From assembly GCA_016927995.1 (NCBI GenBank), contig JAFGLO010000001.1, forward strand, positions 1-57,550: a DNA stretch of 57,550 bases, in the 5' to 3' direction. Origin of the DNA: Candidatus Dojkabacteria bacterium (GTDB lineage: Bacteria > Patescibacteriota > Dojkabacteria > JAFGLO01). Below the pieces are notes generated by a model, which was not told the origin of the DNA, did not search any database, and was given only the letters and a program-made list of their open reading frames with translations. The position numbers and the translations under genes were made by a program. Positions within the stretch are counted from its first letter, which is position 1, and each line of letters starts with the position of its first letter. Positions 9,935 through 19,553 of this stretch are shown piece by piece.

Positions 9935-11320
9935 TTACTCCTTGCTGACAACCTTCCTCAACTTCTTGTGATAACTTTTAGCAAAACGGTGGGCTTCGTC
10001 ACGAAGATTTCGCAAATGACTGTACCACTCTTCCCTTCTATCAGGCCTTATTACCCGCCAGTTTAAAGGTCCACTCAAGTTTTCCATAACAAAGTAATCG
10101 TGAGGCTTAAAAATTCCAACTACTTTTACGGTTTTCCATAAATTATGATATTCCTTCTTTTGGACATCCTTGGGAACCTTTAACAATAATTCCTTAACGG
10201 CTTCAAGTACTTTACCAACCTGACCTTTTCCACCATCAATAAGAAGAATTTTAGGCACCGGCCAATCGGGGTGGTTAAGCCTACGCTTTAAAACCTCTTT
10301 CATCATGTGAAAATCACTAATACCCTTGGTATATTTAATCCGAAACTTTCTATAGCTGCTTTTGTCGAGCTGACCGTTTGTAGATACAACCATTGATCCA
10401 GTTGCCCATTCTCCCATGATGTTTGAAATATCATAACATTCGACCCTGAATGGCTGCGAATTCTCAACGTCAAACCCCTTTGAAATTCCTTTTACTCTGG
10501 AGTTACGGATATCTTCAATAAGGTTTGGATTATCTTCATATTCATAAGGTGTAACACGTGTGTACGAAAATGATTCAAGCTCTTTAATGTGTTCGTTAAC
10601 TGTTTTTGCGTTTTCATATTGTTCCTTGTTTGAATAATATTTACGTTTTCTCTCTAATTCAGCCATATAGCTACTATATCCACTTTTAAGAATCTTTCTA
10701 ATGCGTGAAACATTAGTTCTGTTTTCCAGAAGCCCTTCTTTGCGTGCACATGGACCTGTACACAAGCCAATCTCACCATACAAACAAGGACGGTTTAATC
10801 GTTGATATTTTCTAAACTTGCTTTGACTACAATTTCTATACGGAAAAACATGACGAATAAGCCTAAGCACATTATTCACAATATTCCCCTGAGGATAAGG
10901 CCCGTAATACTTAGCTCCCTTATACCTTTTTTCATGGGTACTTCCGACCGATGCAATAACCTCCGGCTTACCATTAATCTCTTCCTTTAAATTTTGAATG
11001 AATATATGCTTATAACCCTTGCCGTCTTTGCCCATACTGTTGTAGTGTGGCATGTACTTTTTAATGAGGTTAGCTTCAAGAATAAATGCCTCTAGCTCGT
11101 TACGAACCTCGATAAATTCGATGTAAGATATTTCGGCAACAAGGGCAGTGGTTTTTTCACCTAAGGCATCCTTACTTGTAAAGTATGAACTAACCCTGTT
11201 TCTAAGAGATTTCGCTTTACCTACATATATGACTTTTTTCGCGGAATTGCGATAAATATAAACACCCGGCTCTCGTGGAAGAATTGATTTATTTTTTATA
11301 ATTTCTGAGGCTTTGTACAC
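9935..11320 (-). CDS. uvrC: excinuclease ABC subunit C, short form lacking the C-terminal (HhH)2 domain
   Basis: GIY-YIG N-terminus (GVYIYRN...VIYVGKAKSLRNRVSSYF), a UVR-like helix (ELERKRKYYSNKEQYENAKTVNEHIKELE) and a central endonuclease region ending RDEAHRFA. The ORF stops at 461 aa. Confidence 0.85.
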   Translation of the reverse strand: MYKASEIIKNKSILPREPGVYIYRNSAKKVIYVGKAKSLRNRVSSYFTSKDALGEKTTALVAEISYIEFIEVRNELEAFILEANLIKKYMPHYNSMGKDGKGYKHIFIQNLKEEINGKPEVIASVGSTHEKRYKGAKYYGPYPQGNIVNNVLRLIRHVFPYRNCSQSKFRKYQRLNRPCLYGEIGLCTGPCARKEGLLENRTNVSRIRKILKSGYSSYMAELERKRKYYSNKEQYENAKTVNEHIKELESFSYTRVTPYEYEDNPNLIEDIRNSRVKGISKGFDVENSQPFRVECYDISNIMGEWATGSMVVSTNGQLDKSSYRKFRIKYTKGISDFHMMKEVLKRRLNHPDWPVPKILLIDGGKGQVGKVLEAVKELLLKVPKDVQKKEYHNLWKTVKVVGIFKPHDYFVMENLSGPLNWRVIRPDRREEWYSHLRNLRDEAHRFAKSYHKKLRKVVSKE

Positions 11321-11435
11321 GAAATATTATAACAACAAACTATTACAAAATCCTCCTTACAAGATTAAAGGATAATATGAATAATGAATTTAAACATTAT
11401 GTATTTAAACGTGGTAAACTTATCATAACAATAAT

Positions 11436-12836
11436 ATGACACTTGCCAACGTGAAAAATATTTACAAAGACAAGACTGTTCTCATCTTTGGGCTTGGATT
11501 AAACGACGGTGGCTTGGGAATGGTAGACTTCTTTGTAAACCAAGACGCAAAGGTAACAATAACCGATGGGAAGAAAGAGGAGGAACTTAAACCAACCCTT
11601 AAAAAGCTGGCAAAATATAAAGACAAAATTACCTATCACTTGGGTGGACACATAGATGCCGACTTTACGGAAAATGACATAATCGTCCGAAATCCCGCAA
11701 TAAAACGTGATAACCCCTACCTTGAAATTGCTCGCAAAGCTAAAAGAGAGATTATTATGGAGCTTGCACTGTTTCACCAACTTACCCCCTGCCCGATTAT
11801 CGGAATTACAGGAACCCGCGGTAAATCTACAACCACCACCCTTATTTATGAAATTCTTAAAACAACACTTGGCGAAAAAGTACTTTTAGGTGGAAATATT
11901 GGAAAAAGCGCAATGCGAGAGCTTCCTAAGTTAACACTTGATAATTTAGCCGTTTTAGAGATTTCAAGTTTTCAGCTGGATGGTATGGGTGAATCCAAGG
12001 TGTCACCACATATAGCCGTAGTAACAAACCTATACCCTGATCACCTAAATTGGCATACAGATATGCAAGATTATATAGAAACAAAGAAAAACATTGTACG
12101 CTATCAGAAACCTTCGGATATTGCGGTAATAAACATTGACAACGAAATAACAAAGACATTTGTAGACATTGCACAAAGCAAAGTAATCACGTTTTCGTTG
12201 ATCGAACATGCCGCCAACTATTACCTTGATAAATCGCTAACCCTTTTTGAGAATGGTAAACCATTACTTAGCCTTAAAACTGCGTCACTCGAAGGCATTC
12301 ACAACCTTTACAACATGGTATGTGCCATTGCAACAACCCGTATTTACGACATTCCTGTGTCAAATATCCTAAACGTAATCGAGAGTTTCACTGGTGTAGA
12401 AGGCAGGCAACAGCTTGTTCGGGAACTTAACGGTATTAAAATTTACAACGATACCACAGCAACTTCACTTGAAGCCATGGAGGCAATGTTAGATACGCTT
12501 GGTCCAAAGTACCCTAAAAAGATAATCATGCTTGCAGGTGGTGTAGACAAAGGGTTTGACTACTCAAAACTTTCGGGAAAATTTGGAAAGTACCTTAAAA
12601 AAGTAATTCTTTTGGAAGGAACCGCATCGGAAAAGTTGGCTTTGGAACTTGAGAAGCTGGAAATTCCCACCGAAAAATACTTTAACAACTTTGAAACAGC
12701 AATAAAAACCGCTTACAAAACTGCACAACCCGGCGACGTTATGATATTATGTCCCGGAGCCGCTAGTTTTAACATGTTTGCAAACGAATTCGACAGAGGC
12801 GCAAAGTTTAATAAAGTTGTAGAAAAACTTATTTAA
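11436..12836 (+). CDS. murD: UDP-N-acetylmuramoylalanine--D-glutamate ligase
   Basis: N-terminal Rossmann-like VLIFGLGLNDGG, P-loop GITGTRGKSTT, and NDTTATS matching the MurD-type DSKATN motif. Confidence 0.9.
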   Translation: MTLANVKNIYKDKTVLIFGLGLNDGGLGMVDFFVNQDAKVTITDGKKEEELKPTLKKLAKYKDKITYHLGGHIDADFTENDIIVRNPAIKRDNPYLEIARKAKREIIMELALFHQLTPCPIIGITGTRGKSTTTTLIYEILKTTLGEKVLLGGNIGKSAMRELPKLTLDNLAVLEISSFQLDGMGESKVSPHIAVVTNLYPDHLNWHTDMQDYIETKKNIVRYQKPSDIAVINIDNEITKTFVDIAQSKVITFSLIEHAANYYLDKSLTLFENGKPLLSLKTASLEGIHNLYNMVCAIATTRIYDIPVSNILNVIESFTGVEGRQQLVRELNGIKIYNDTTATSLEAMEAMLDTLGPKYPKKIIMLAGGVDKGFDYSKLSGKFGKYLKKVILLEGTASEKLALELEKLEIPTEKYFNNFETAIKTAYKTAQPGDVMILCPGAASFNMFANEFDRGAKFNKVVEKLI

Positions 12837-12846
12837 ATAGTCCAAA

Positions 12847-14232
12847 ATGTTAACACGCGAAGAGATTAAAACCTTCGATCTTCGGAAAGTAAATAAAATT
12901 CATCTTATAGGAATATCGTCCCCATTTAATAGCTTTTGTGCAACAAAGCTTCTGAGCATGAATAAAATCGTTACCGCTTCCGAAATCGGCACTGACGACG
13001 TTGAGCTGAAATATTGGACAGATAAAGGTATTGCATACCCCGGGGGGCATAATGAAAAATACATAACACCAGAAATTGATCTAGTAGTTTATCCCAATGG
13101 ACCAATACCGGGAAACCCCGAATGTGAAAAAACAGAAAAGTTAGGAATCCCTGCAATAACGGTTGGACAACTCACCGGTATTTTAACAAAGGACCTAAAA
13201 GTAATAGCAATTGCGGGAACTCACGGCAAGTCCACTACTACGGCACTTGCAACTTGGCTACTGTGGCAACTTGACCAGGAACCAAACTACGTAATTGGCG
13301 GTAAAGGCGATGTAATTCTTGATGTAAACAAAAATTGGAACGTTAACCCTGAAAGTAAATATTTCATAGTTGAAGCGTGTGAATACAAGCGGCAATTTTT
13401 GGACAGGGCCCCTAGCCCATTTATCTCCGTGATCACTCATATTGACCTTGATCATACTGACTATTACAAAGATCAGTCCGATTATAACGATGCTTTTGTG
13501 GAATTTTTGGGAAATACCAAAGATACAGTAATAATTGACAAGGATGGGAAAAATGAATCGCAGGTAGTTAAAACTCTATTGGAATCAGAAATCTCGGCAG
13601 AAATTATTGATGTAAACGAAAACTCTAAGATAGCCCACAAAATATCAACAAACCTAATTGGCGAATTTAACAAGCAAAACATCCTAAGAGCATATACTTT
13701 AGGAAAAGCTCTTAACTTCCCGCATAAACAAATTGCAAAAGCAATATCATCTTTTCCTGGAATAGCAGGTAGACTTGAATGGGTCGGTACAGTTAACGGA
13801 TCACCGATTTACAAGGACTATGCACATAATCCGCAAAAGGTAGAATCCTGCATTACTGCGGTAAAAGCAGAATTTCCCGACAAAAAACTTGTGTTTGTTT
13901 TTCAACCTCATAGCCACGAGCGAACCTACACATTTAAAAAGGAATTTGCTGTGGCGCTAAGCAAGGCCGATACAGTACTTTTACCCAATATTTACTCTCC
14001 TACCCGTGAAACAGTTGAACAAAGAAACCTTATATCTGCAGATGATTTTGCAAGATTTGTGAACAGCACGTTAGAAACTGATAAAATTTTGTATACAAAG
14101 ACACTTGAGAAAACGGCGGCAGCTATACAAAAAGAAGCAGAAATCACTGACTGTGCAATTGTTTTGGCAAGCGCAGGCGACCTTTACAAGATAATTCCAT
14201 TGCTAAGATTAAATAAAACCTCTCATGACTAA
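12847..14232 (+). CDS. murC: UDP-N-acetylmuramate--L-alanine ligase
   Basis: MurC-type N-domain, P-loop IAGTHGKSTTT, and KDYAHNP matching the MurC DYAHHP motif. Confidence 0.85.
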   Translation: MLTREEIKTFDLRKVNKIHLIGISSPFNSFCATKLLSMNKIVTASEIGTDDVELKYWTDKGIAYPGGHNEKYITPEIDLVVYPNGPIPGNPECEKTEKLGIPAITVGQLTGILTKDLKVIAIAGTHGKSTTTALATWLLWQLDQEPNYVIGGKGDVILDVNKNWNVNPESKYFIVEACEYKRQFLDRAPSPFISVITHIDLDHTDYYKDQSDYNDAFVEFLGNTKDTVIIDKDGKNESQVVKTLLESEISAEIIDVNENSKIAHKISTNLIGEFNKQNILRAYTLGKALNFPHKQIAKAISSFPGIAGRLEWVGTVNGSPIYKDYAHNPQKVESCITAVKAEFPDKKLVFVFQPHSHERTYTFKKEFAVALSKADTVLLPNIYSPTRETVEQRNLISADDFARFVNSTLETDKILYTKTLEKTAAAIQKEAEITDCAIVLASAGDLYKIIPLLRLNKTSHD

Positions 14233-15844
14233 AATTCCTTACTCTAACCTTGGAAAAATAGTATGCGTTGGAATCGGTGGCGGCGGGCTTTTTTATATTG
14301 CACAGTTTCTACACTTGAACGGAAATACGCTTAAAGGTTTTGACATTGCAAAAAGTGACAATACTAAAGCACTTGAAAAACTGGGAATTTCAATTGAATA
14401 CAAAAACCCAACTGCAGCAGACTTAAAACCGGCAGATACAGTTGTATACTCAAAAGCCGTGCCAAACGACCTTCTAAAGCTAATTTCCAGCTCAGGCAAA
14501 ACCCTTTTAGAGGTCGGTGAGTTTTTTGACCAAGTGACACTTGATTACGAAGCCGGAAACCTTACTAAGTCCGAGAAAGAAAACTTTATTAAAGCCGATA
14601 TCGCCCCACTTTATCAGATCGATTGCTCAAAAATGAAGTACGTTGGAATAACAGGTACCGATGGCAAAACCACGACTAGCACAATGATTTATCATATTCT
14701 CAAGGAGGCTGGACATAAGCCCGGACTTATTTCAACTGTTTCTGCTCACATAGGCAACTTAGAAGTTGACACTGGTTTTCACGTTACCACCCCACCTCAG
14801 CAGGACATTTATAAATTCCTAAAGAAAATGGAAGCAGAAGGCTGTACTCATGCAATACTTGAATGTACTTCACATGGACTTGCTATGGGCCGGCTTGCGG
14901 GGCTTAATTTTGACGTAGTTGCTTATACAAATATTACAAGCGAACACCTAGACTATCATGGAACCTGGGATAACTTATTTACCGCAAAGGCAAGGCTTAT
15001 CACACGGCATCTTAAAAAAGACGGCAAAGTGGTTATAAATAAAGACGATACAAAGTCATATAAGAAATTTTTAGAAATCGTTACTAATCCTACTATCTAT
15101 AGCAAGGAATCGGAAGCTACTATATTTGCAGCAGATATTCTGGCGACTCAATCAGACATTTCTTATGTGCTTAATCGCAAGGATGATTCAGCTAAAACCA
15201 AAATTCAAATTAATCTGCTTGGGGAATACAATGTAAGTAATAGCTTGGCTGCTCTGGGAGTTACTAATTCGTTAGGAGTTGCCGATAAAATGGCCGCGAA
15301 AGCACTTGAAAACTTTGTAACAGTAGCCGGCAGAATGCAGGTTTTAAAGAAATCCCCTTTCATGGTGATTGTTGACTTTGCGCATACTCCAAACGGGCTT
15401 TTAAACTCACTTACTGCAGCAAAAGCAATGATTAAAAAGGGCTCAGGCGGTCTGCTAATATCGGTATTTGGCTGTGCAGGCAAGCGTGACCCCAGAAAGC
15501 GTTATCCTATGGGTAAAATCTCGGGTGAACTCGCAGATATTACGATTATAACCGCAGAAGACCCAAGAACAGAGAGTTTAAAAACAATTAACGACGAAAT
15601 AGAAAGTGGCTGGAACAATGGAATAGAAAACAGAGCAAAAAACCAAGGCAAGCCCCAGCTTTTAAGATTTGACGATGAAACTAAAAATGTAAAAGTCCGA
15701 CAGAATGCAATTAAAAAAGCACTGGAAATTGCAAAACCCGAAGATGTTATGATTATCTGCGGAAAAGCCCACGAGCAAAGCCTTTGTTTTGGGAATACAG
15801 AGTATCCTTGGAATGATATTGTTGAAACAATGAAATTAATTTAG
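14225..15844 (+). CDS. murE: Mur ligase, MurE-like (meso-DAP- or L-Lys-adding enzyme) with a MurC-type N-terminal domain
   Basis: P-loop GITGTDGKTTT at residue 141, VDFAHTPNGL (MurE DYAHTP motif), GCAGKRDPRKRYPMG and TAEDPRTE (MurE DNPR motif). The start overlaps the murC stop (ATGA). Confidence 0.75.
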   Translation: MTKIPYSNLGKIVCVGIGGGGLFYIAQFLHLNGNTLKGFDIAKSDNTKALEKLGISIEYKNPTAADLKPADTVVYSKAVPNDLLKLISSSGKTLLEVGEFFDQVTLDYEAGNLTKSEKENFIKADIAPLYQIDCSKMKYVGITGTDGKTTTSTMIYHILKEAGHKPGLISTVSAHIGNLEVDTGFHVTTPPQQDIYKFLKKMEAEGCTHAILECTSHGLAMGRLAGLNFDVVAYTNITSEHLDYHGTWDNLFTAKARLITRHLKKDGKVVINKDDTKSYKKFLEIVTNPTIYSKESEATIFAADILATQSDISYVLNRKDDSAKTKIQINLLGEYNVSNSLAALGVTNSLGVADKMAAKALENFVTVAGRMQVLKKSPFMVIVDFAHTPNGLLNSLTAAKAMIKKGSGGLLISVFGCAGKRDPRKRYPMGKISGELADITIITAEDPRTESLKTINDEIESGWNNGIENRAKNQGKPQLLRFDDETKNVKVRQNAIKKALEIAKPEDVMIICGKAHEQSLCFGNTEYPWNDIVETMKLI

Positions 15845-15855
15845 AGAGTGTCATT

Positions 15856-17220
15856 ATGAATTTGCTAGTTAAAGAACTAAAAACTGACTTTTCTTCTTGG
15901 ATATTCCAAAACATTGATCTTGAAACAACAATTTCCCAAATAAGCACAGATACAAGAACAATAAAGCCTGGAGAGTTTTTTATTCCAATTAAAGGAGAAA
16001 ACTTCGACGGTCATAATTTTATAGCGGATGCAATATCAAAAGGGGCTGTAGGCGCAATGTGCAAGGCTGATCATCCTATCATTCAAAAACTTGAAAAGAA
16101 AACCCCATTACTTATTGTTCCATCAATAGAAGAGGGTCTTAAAGGGATCGCAAACACACTTCGGAAGAAAATTAAAGCCCAAATTATAGGAATAACTGGG
16201 AGTACAGGTAAAACCACAACACGGGAACTTTTGTTATCAGTCCTTTCACAGAGTCATAAAGTGCTTGGATCTACAGGAGGTATAAATACTACTTGGGGAA
16301 ATATTAGATATCTATTTGATTATACAGATGAGGATTTTATTGTTCTCGAAATTGCAATGGATCGAATGGGTGAAATAAAATGGCAGTGCGAAGCTATGCT
16401 TCCCGACATTGTCACAATTTTAAACATTGGTGAAGTTCATGCTGGACCACTTGGAGGTGTTGAGAATGTAATAAAAGCAAAAAAGGAAATGGCCGATTAT
16501 TCAGTTACTTATCAGAAGCCTATTGTACTAAATATTGACGACGAGAAGATCTCAAGCTTCACAGATTCTGTGAACACCAAAGTTATTTCTGTCGCCACTC
16601 AAAAGTCCGCTGATTATACTGGAAAAGAAATTAGCCTTACTGAATCCGGAACAAAGTTTATCATCTATACACAAAACCAAACATTTCCCGTTACATTAAA
16701 AATATTTGGCGAAGGCTATGTATATAACGCATTAACTGTTGCCGCAATTTGTAGAGAACTTAAGTTATCTTGGGAAGAGATACAAGCTGGACTTGAGAGG
16801 TTTAGTGGATTTGAAAATAGGTTCCAGATAATAAACCCCACCCCATATATCACAATTGTCAACGATGCATATAATGCAAATCCTCAATCGATGAATATGA
16901 GTATAGCCACTTTTGTTGAATTATTTGGTACAAAGTCTGGACAAAAAATCGCCTTCTTGGGGCAAATGAGCGAACTTGGAGAACGTGCAGAATCCACCCA
17001 CAAAGAACTCGGAGAACTCGTGAAGACATCTAGATTCGATAAGATTTTTTACATTGGAGACTATTTCGAACACTTTGACGTTGGAAAAAAGTTAGAAACG
17101 ATCGAAACTGCAAAGAGTGAATATCAAAAGATAATCGAAGCCGCATCAAAAGATAATCCTGTATATATTTTAGTCAAAGGAAGTCACAGCACTGGTCTAT
17201 ACACTCTTACTACAGGCTAA
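15856..17220 (+). CDS. murF: UDP-N-acetylmuramoyl-tripeptide--D-alanyl-D-alanine ligase
   Basis: ISTDTRTIKPGEFFIPIKGENFDGHNFI, P-loop GITGSTGKTTT, and NDAYNANP (MurF signature). Confidence 0.9.
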   Translation: MNLLVKELKTDFSSWIFQNIDLETTISQISTDTRTIKPGEFFIPIKGENFDGHNFIADAISKGAVGAMCKADHPIIQKLEKKTPLLIVPSIEEGLKGIANTLRKKIKAQIIGITGSTGKTTTRELLLSVLSQSHKVLGSTGGINTTWGNIRYLFDYTDEDFIVLEIAMDRMGEIKWQCEAMLPDIVTILNIGEVHAGPLGGVENVIKAKKEMADYSVTYQKPIVLNIDDEKISSFTDSVNTKVISVATQKSADYTGKEISLTESGTKFIIYTQNQTFPVTLKIFGEGYVYNALTVAAICRELKLSWEEIQAGLERFSGFENRFQIINPTPYITIVNDAYNANPQSMNMSIATFVELFGTKSGQKIAFLGQMSELGERAESTHKELGELVKTSRFDKIFYIGDYFEHFDVGKKLETIETAKSEYQKIIEAASKDNPVYILVKGSHSTGLYTLTTG

Positions 17221-18182
17221 TCTCCAATTATCCCAATTTCGGGCTCCAGCCCCACACCAAACCTATCCTTAACCTGCTCGGAAACAAGTTCCATAAGCCT
17301 TAATACATCATCGGAAGTGGCATTGCCCGAATAATTAACAATAAAATTTGCATGTTTTTCCGAAACCATTGCACCACCAACGGAAAGCCCCTTTAGCCCA
17401 GCCTTGTCAATAAGCACACCGGCAGGAACAACAGGCATTGGCTCAGTCTTTATAAAGTCTTTTAGCTCAGATTGACAGGTGGCATCAAGCCGTTCCCACG
17501 GCACATTTTTAAAAACACTACCACAACTTGGATATTCCAAAGGTTGCTTTTCTCTACGAGCTTTCTGAATTTCAAGCGACTTTCCCATTACTTCCTCGAG
17601 TTCTGCCACCTTTAGCAAGAACGTAGCTTCTGCAATAAAGACCTTTTCCGCGTTACCTTTAAATCCACTACCTCTATATTCAAACTTACACTCCTTGTTT
17701 GAATAAATTGTCTGGTTTCCGCTTGGAATATTTACTCCTATAATAGATTTAACTATATCTTTTATTTCACTACCAAAGCACCCAGAGTTACCAACAACAG
17801 CTCCACCTACAGTCCCCGGTAACCCTACAGCCCACTCGAGCCCGGAAAGTCCGGCTTTTGAACACGAAAGGGACAACTTTGAAATACTTACTCCCGAACC
17901 AACTGTTACTTCTGCTCCATTAATCTCAATCCGCTTAAGTTTATTTAGAATAACAAGCCCCGAAAACCCTTTATCCGAAAACAAAACATTAGATCCACCG
18001 CCTAATATAAACACCTTTTCCAAGGGAATATTTTCTTTTTCACAAATTCTTTTCCACTCAGAAAGAACTTGGGCAAGCTCGTCAACAGTGGTTACTTCCG
18101 AAAAGTACTTGGCAGCACCTCCAATTTTGTAATATGTATAGGGTTTTATAGGAACATTTCGAGAAATCATGACTCCTCCCAT
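17217..18182 (-). CDS. murB: UDP-N-acetylenolpyruvoylglucosamine reductase
   Basis: YTYYKIGGAAKYF, GGGSNVLF, and a C-terminal MurB-like region. The likely true start is the ATG at 18170, which forms an ATGA overlap with the murA stop. Confidence 0.9.
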   Translation of the reverse strand: MGGVMISRNVPIKPYTYYKIGGAAKYFSEVTTVDELAQVLSEWKRICEKENIPLEKVFILGGGSNVLFSDKGFSGLVILNKLKRIEINGAEVTVGSGVSISKLSLSCSKAGLSGLEWAVGLPGTVGGAVVGNSGCFGSEIKDIVKSIIGVNIPSGNQTIYSNKECKFEYRGSGFKGNAEKVFIAEATFLLKVAELEEVMGKSLEIQKARREKQPLEYPSCGSVFKNVPWERLDATCQSELKDFIKTEPMPVVPAGVLIDKAGLKGLSVGGAMVSEKHANFIVNYSGNATSDDVLRLMELVSEQVKDRFGVGLEPEIGIIGD

Positions 18183-19462
18183 TCAACCTTTCCACCTAAA
18201 CTATTAAGTTTTTCCACAAAGTTTGGATGCGCACGCTTTATAACATCGGCATTTTTAATAACGGTTTCACCTTCTATTGTTGCAGCAACCATGTAAAGTG
18301 CAACAGTGGCACGAATAATGTCGGGCGCATTAATTACCGCAGGATGAAGCTTTTTGCCACCCCAGATAATTGCCCGATGTGGATCACATAAAACAACCTG
18401 AGCACCAAGCTTTTGGAGTTCAGGCAACCACATAAACGATCCCTCGTAGACTTTATTCCAAAACATCATTTGACCCTTTGCTTTTGTTGCAAGTGCCATC
18501 ATAAGATGTAAAAGATCAGCAGGGAAATATGGCCACGGGGCCGCCTCTATTTTTGTAAGCATGTTTTCTGTATACCCTTGCTCAATTACTAACTTTTGGT
18601 TTGGTGCAACATGTGCTGTGTTCCCTTCATAATCAATGTCTATTCCAAGTTTTTTGAATGCACGTTGAATTAACATAAAATGCTTCGGCACGGCATCAGT
18701 TACCCATACTTCACCACCCGTCATAGCTCCAAGTGCAAGAAATGTTGTGATTTCATGATGGTCTGAACCAATTGTGTACTCGGTTCCAGATAGCTTTTCT
18801 ACTCCCTCTACAACTAGTTTAGAAGATCCAATCCCGGAAATTTTAGCGCCCATCTGAGTTAAAAATACGCAAAGCTCCTGAACATGAGGTTCACTCGCTG
18901 CATTCATAAGCATAGATTCATTCTTTGCCAAGGAAGCAGCCATTAAAAATGTTTCTGTTGCGGTAACCGCCATATAATCAAACCAATACGAACCACCTGG
19001 GAATCTTCCATCGATTTTAATATCGAATTCACCCCATTCCACATTAACATCGGCACCAAGTGCTTTCATGACCTCAAAATGTGGATCCAACTCACGGATT
19101 CCAAGCGAACACCCACCAATTGTAGATGGCAACTTAACATTTTTAAGCCGCTGCACCATAGGGGCTAACAAAAGTACCGAGCCACGCAGACCCATAGGCA
19201 GTGCATCGGCTCCATTTGATCCTACAGCTCTATTATTTATGGTCATATCGCCTTTTTGTATGTCCCACTCTATTTTGGATCCAAGCGCACGCATGCTCTC
19301 AACAATTTTATGCATATCGATAATGTCGGGAACGTTGTGAAGAATTACATCTTCATCTGTTAAAAGTGATGCACAGATTATTGGCAAGGCCGCGTTTTTA
19401 TTACCCGCAGGGGTTATTTTACCGGAGAGTTTATTACCACCCGAAACGATAAGATCGGCCAT
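18167..19462 (-). CDS. murA: UDP-N-acetylglucosamine 1-carboxyvinyltransferase
   Basis: MADLIVSGGNKLSGKITPAGNKNAALPI is the classic MurA N-terminus. Length is 431 aa. Confidence 0.95.
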   Translation of the reverse strand: MADLIVSGGNKLSGKITPAGNKNAALPIICASLLTDEDVILHNVPDIIDMHKIVESMRALGSKIEWDIQKGDMTINNRAVGSNGADALPMGLRGSVLLLAPMVQRLKNVKLPSTIGGCSLGIRELDPHFEVMKALGADVNVEWGEFDIKIDGRFPGGSYWFDYMAVTATETFLMAASLAKNESMLMNAASEPHVQELCVFLTQMGAKISGIGSSKLVVEGVEKLSGTEYTIGSDHHEITTFLALGAMTGGEVWVTDAVPKHFMLIQRAFKKLGIDIDYEGNTAHVAPNQKLVIEQGYTENMLTKIEAAPWPYFPADLLHLMMALATKAKGQMMFWNKVYEGSFMWLPELQKLGAQVVLCDPHRAIIWGGKKLHPAVINAPDIIRATVALYMVAATIEGETVIKNADVIKRAHPNFVEKLNSLGGKVEWEES

Positions 19463-19525
19463 CGTTAATTGTCTTAATTTATGGTTGCATAATTTATTAT
19501 ATCAAAATATCTGTATCGAAATATC

Positions 19526-19553
19526 AGGGGTGCGGGTTTAAACCGACCCTTAC
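19526..19553. repeat. REP-like palindromic repeat, imperfect copy
   Basis: aggggtgcgggtttaaaccgacccttac has the GTTTAAAC centre and GGG/CCC arms with two bulges. It overlaps the stop codon of the upstream membrane-protein gene. Confidence 0.6.
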
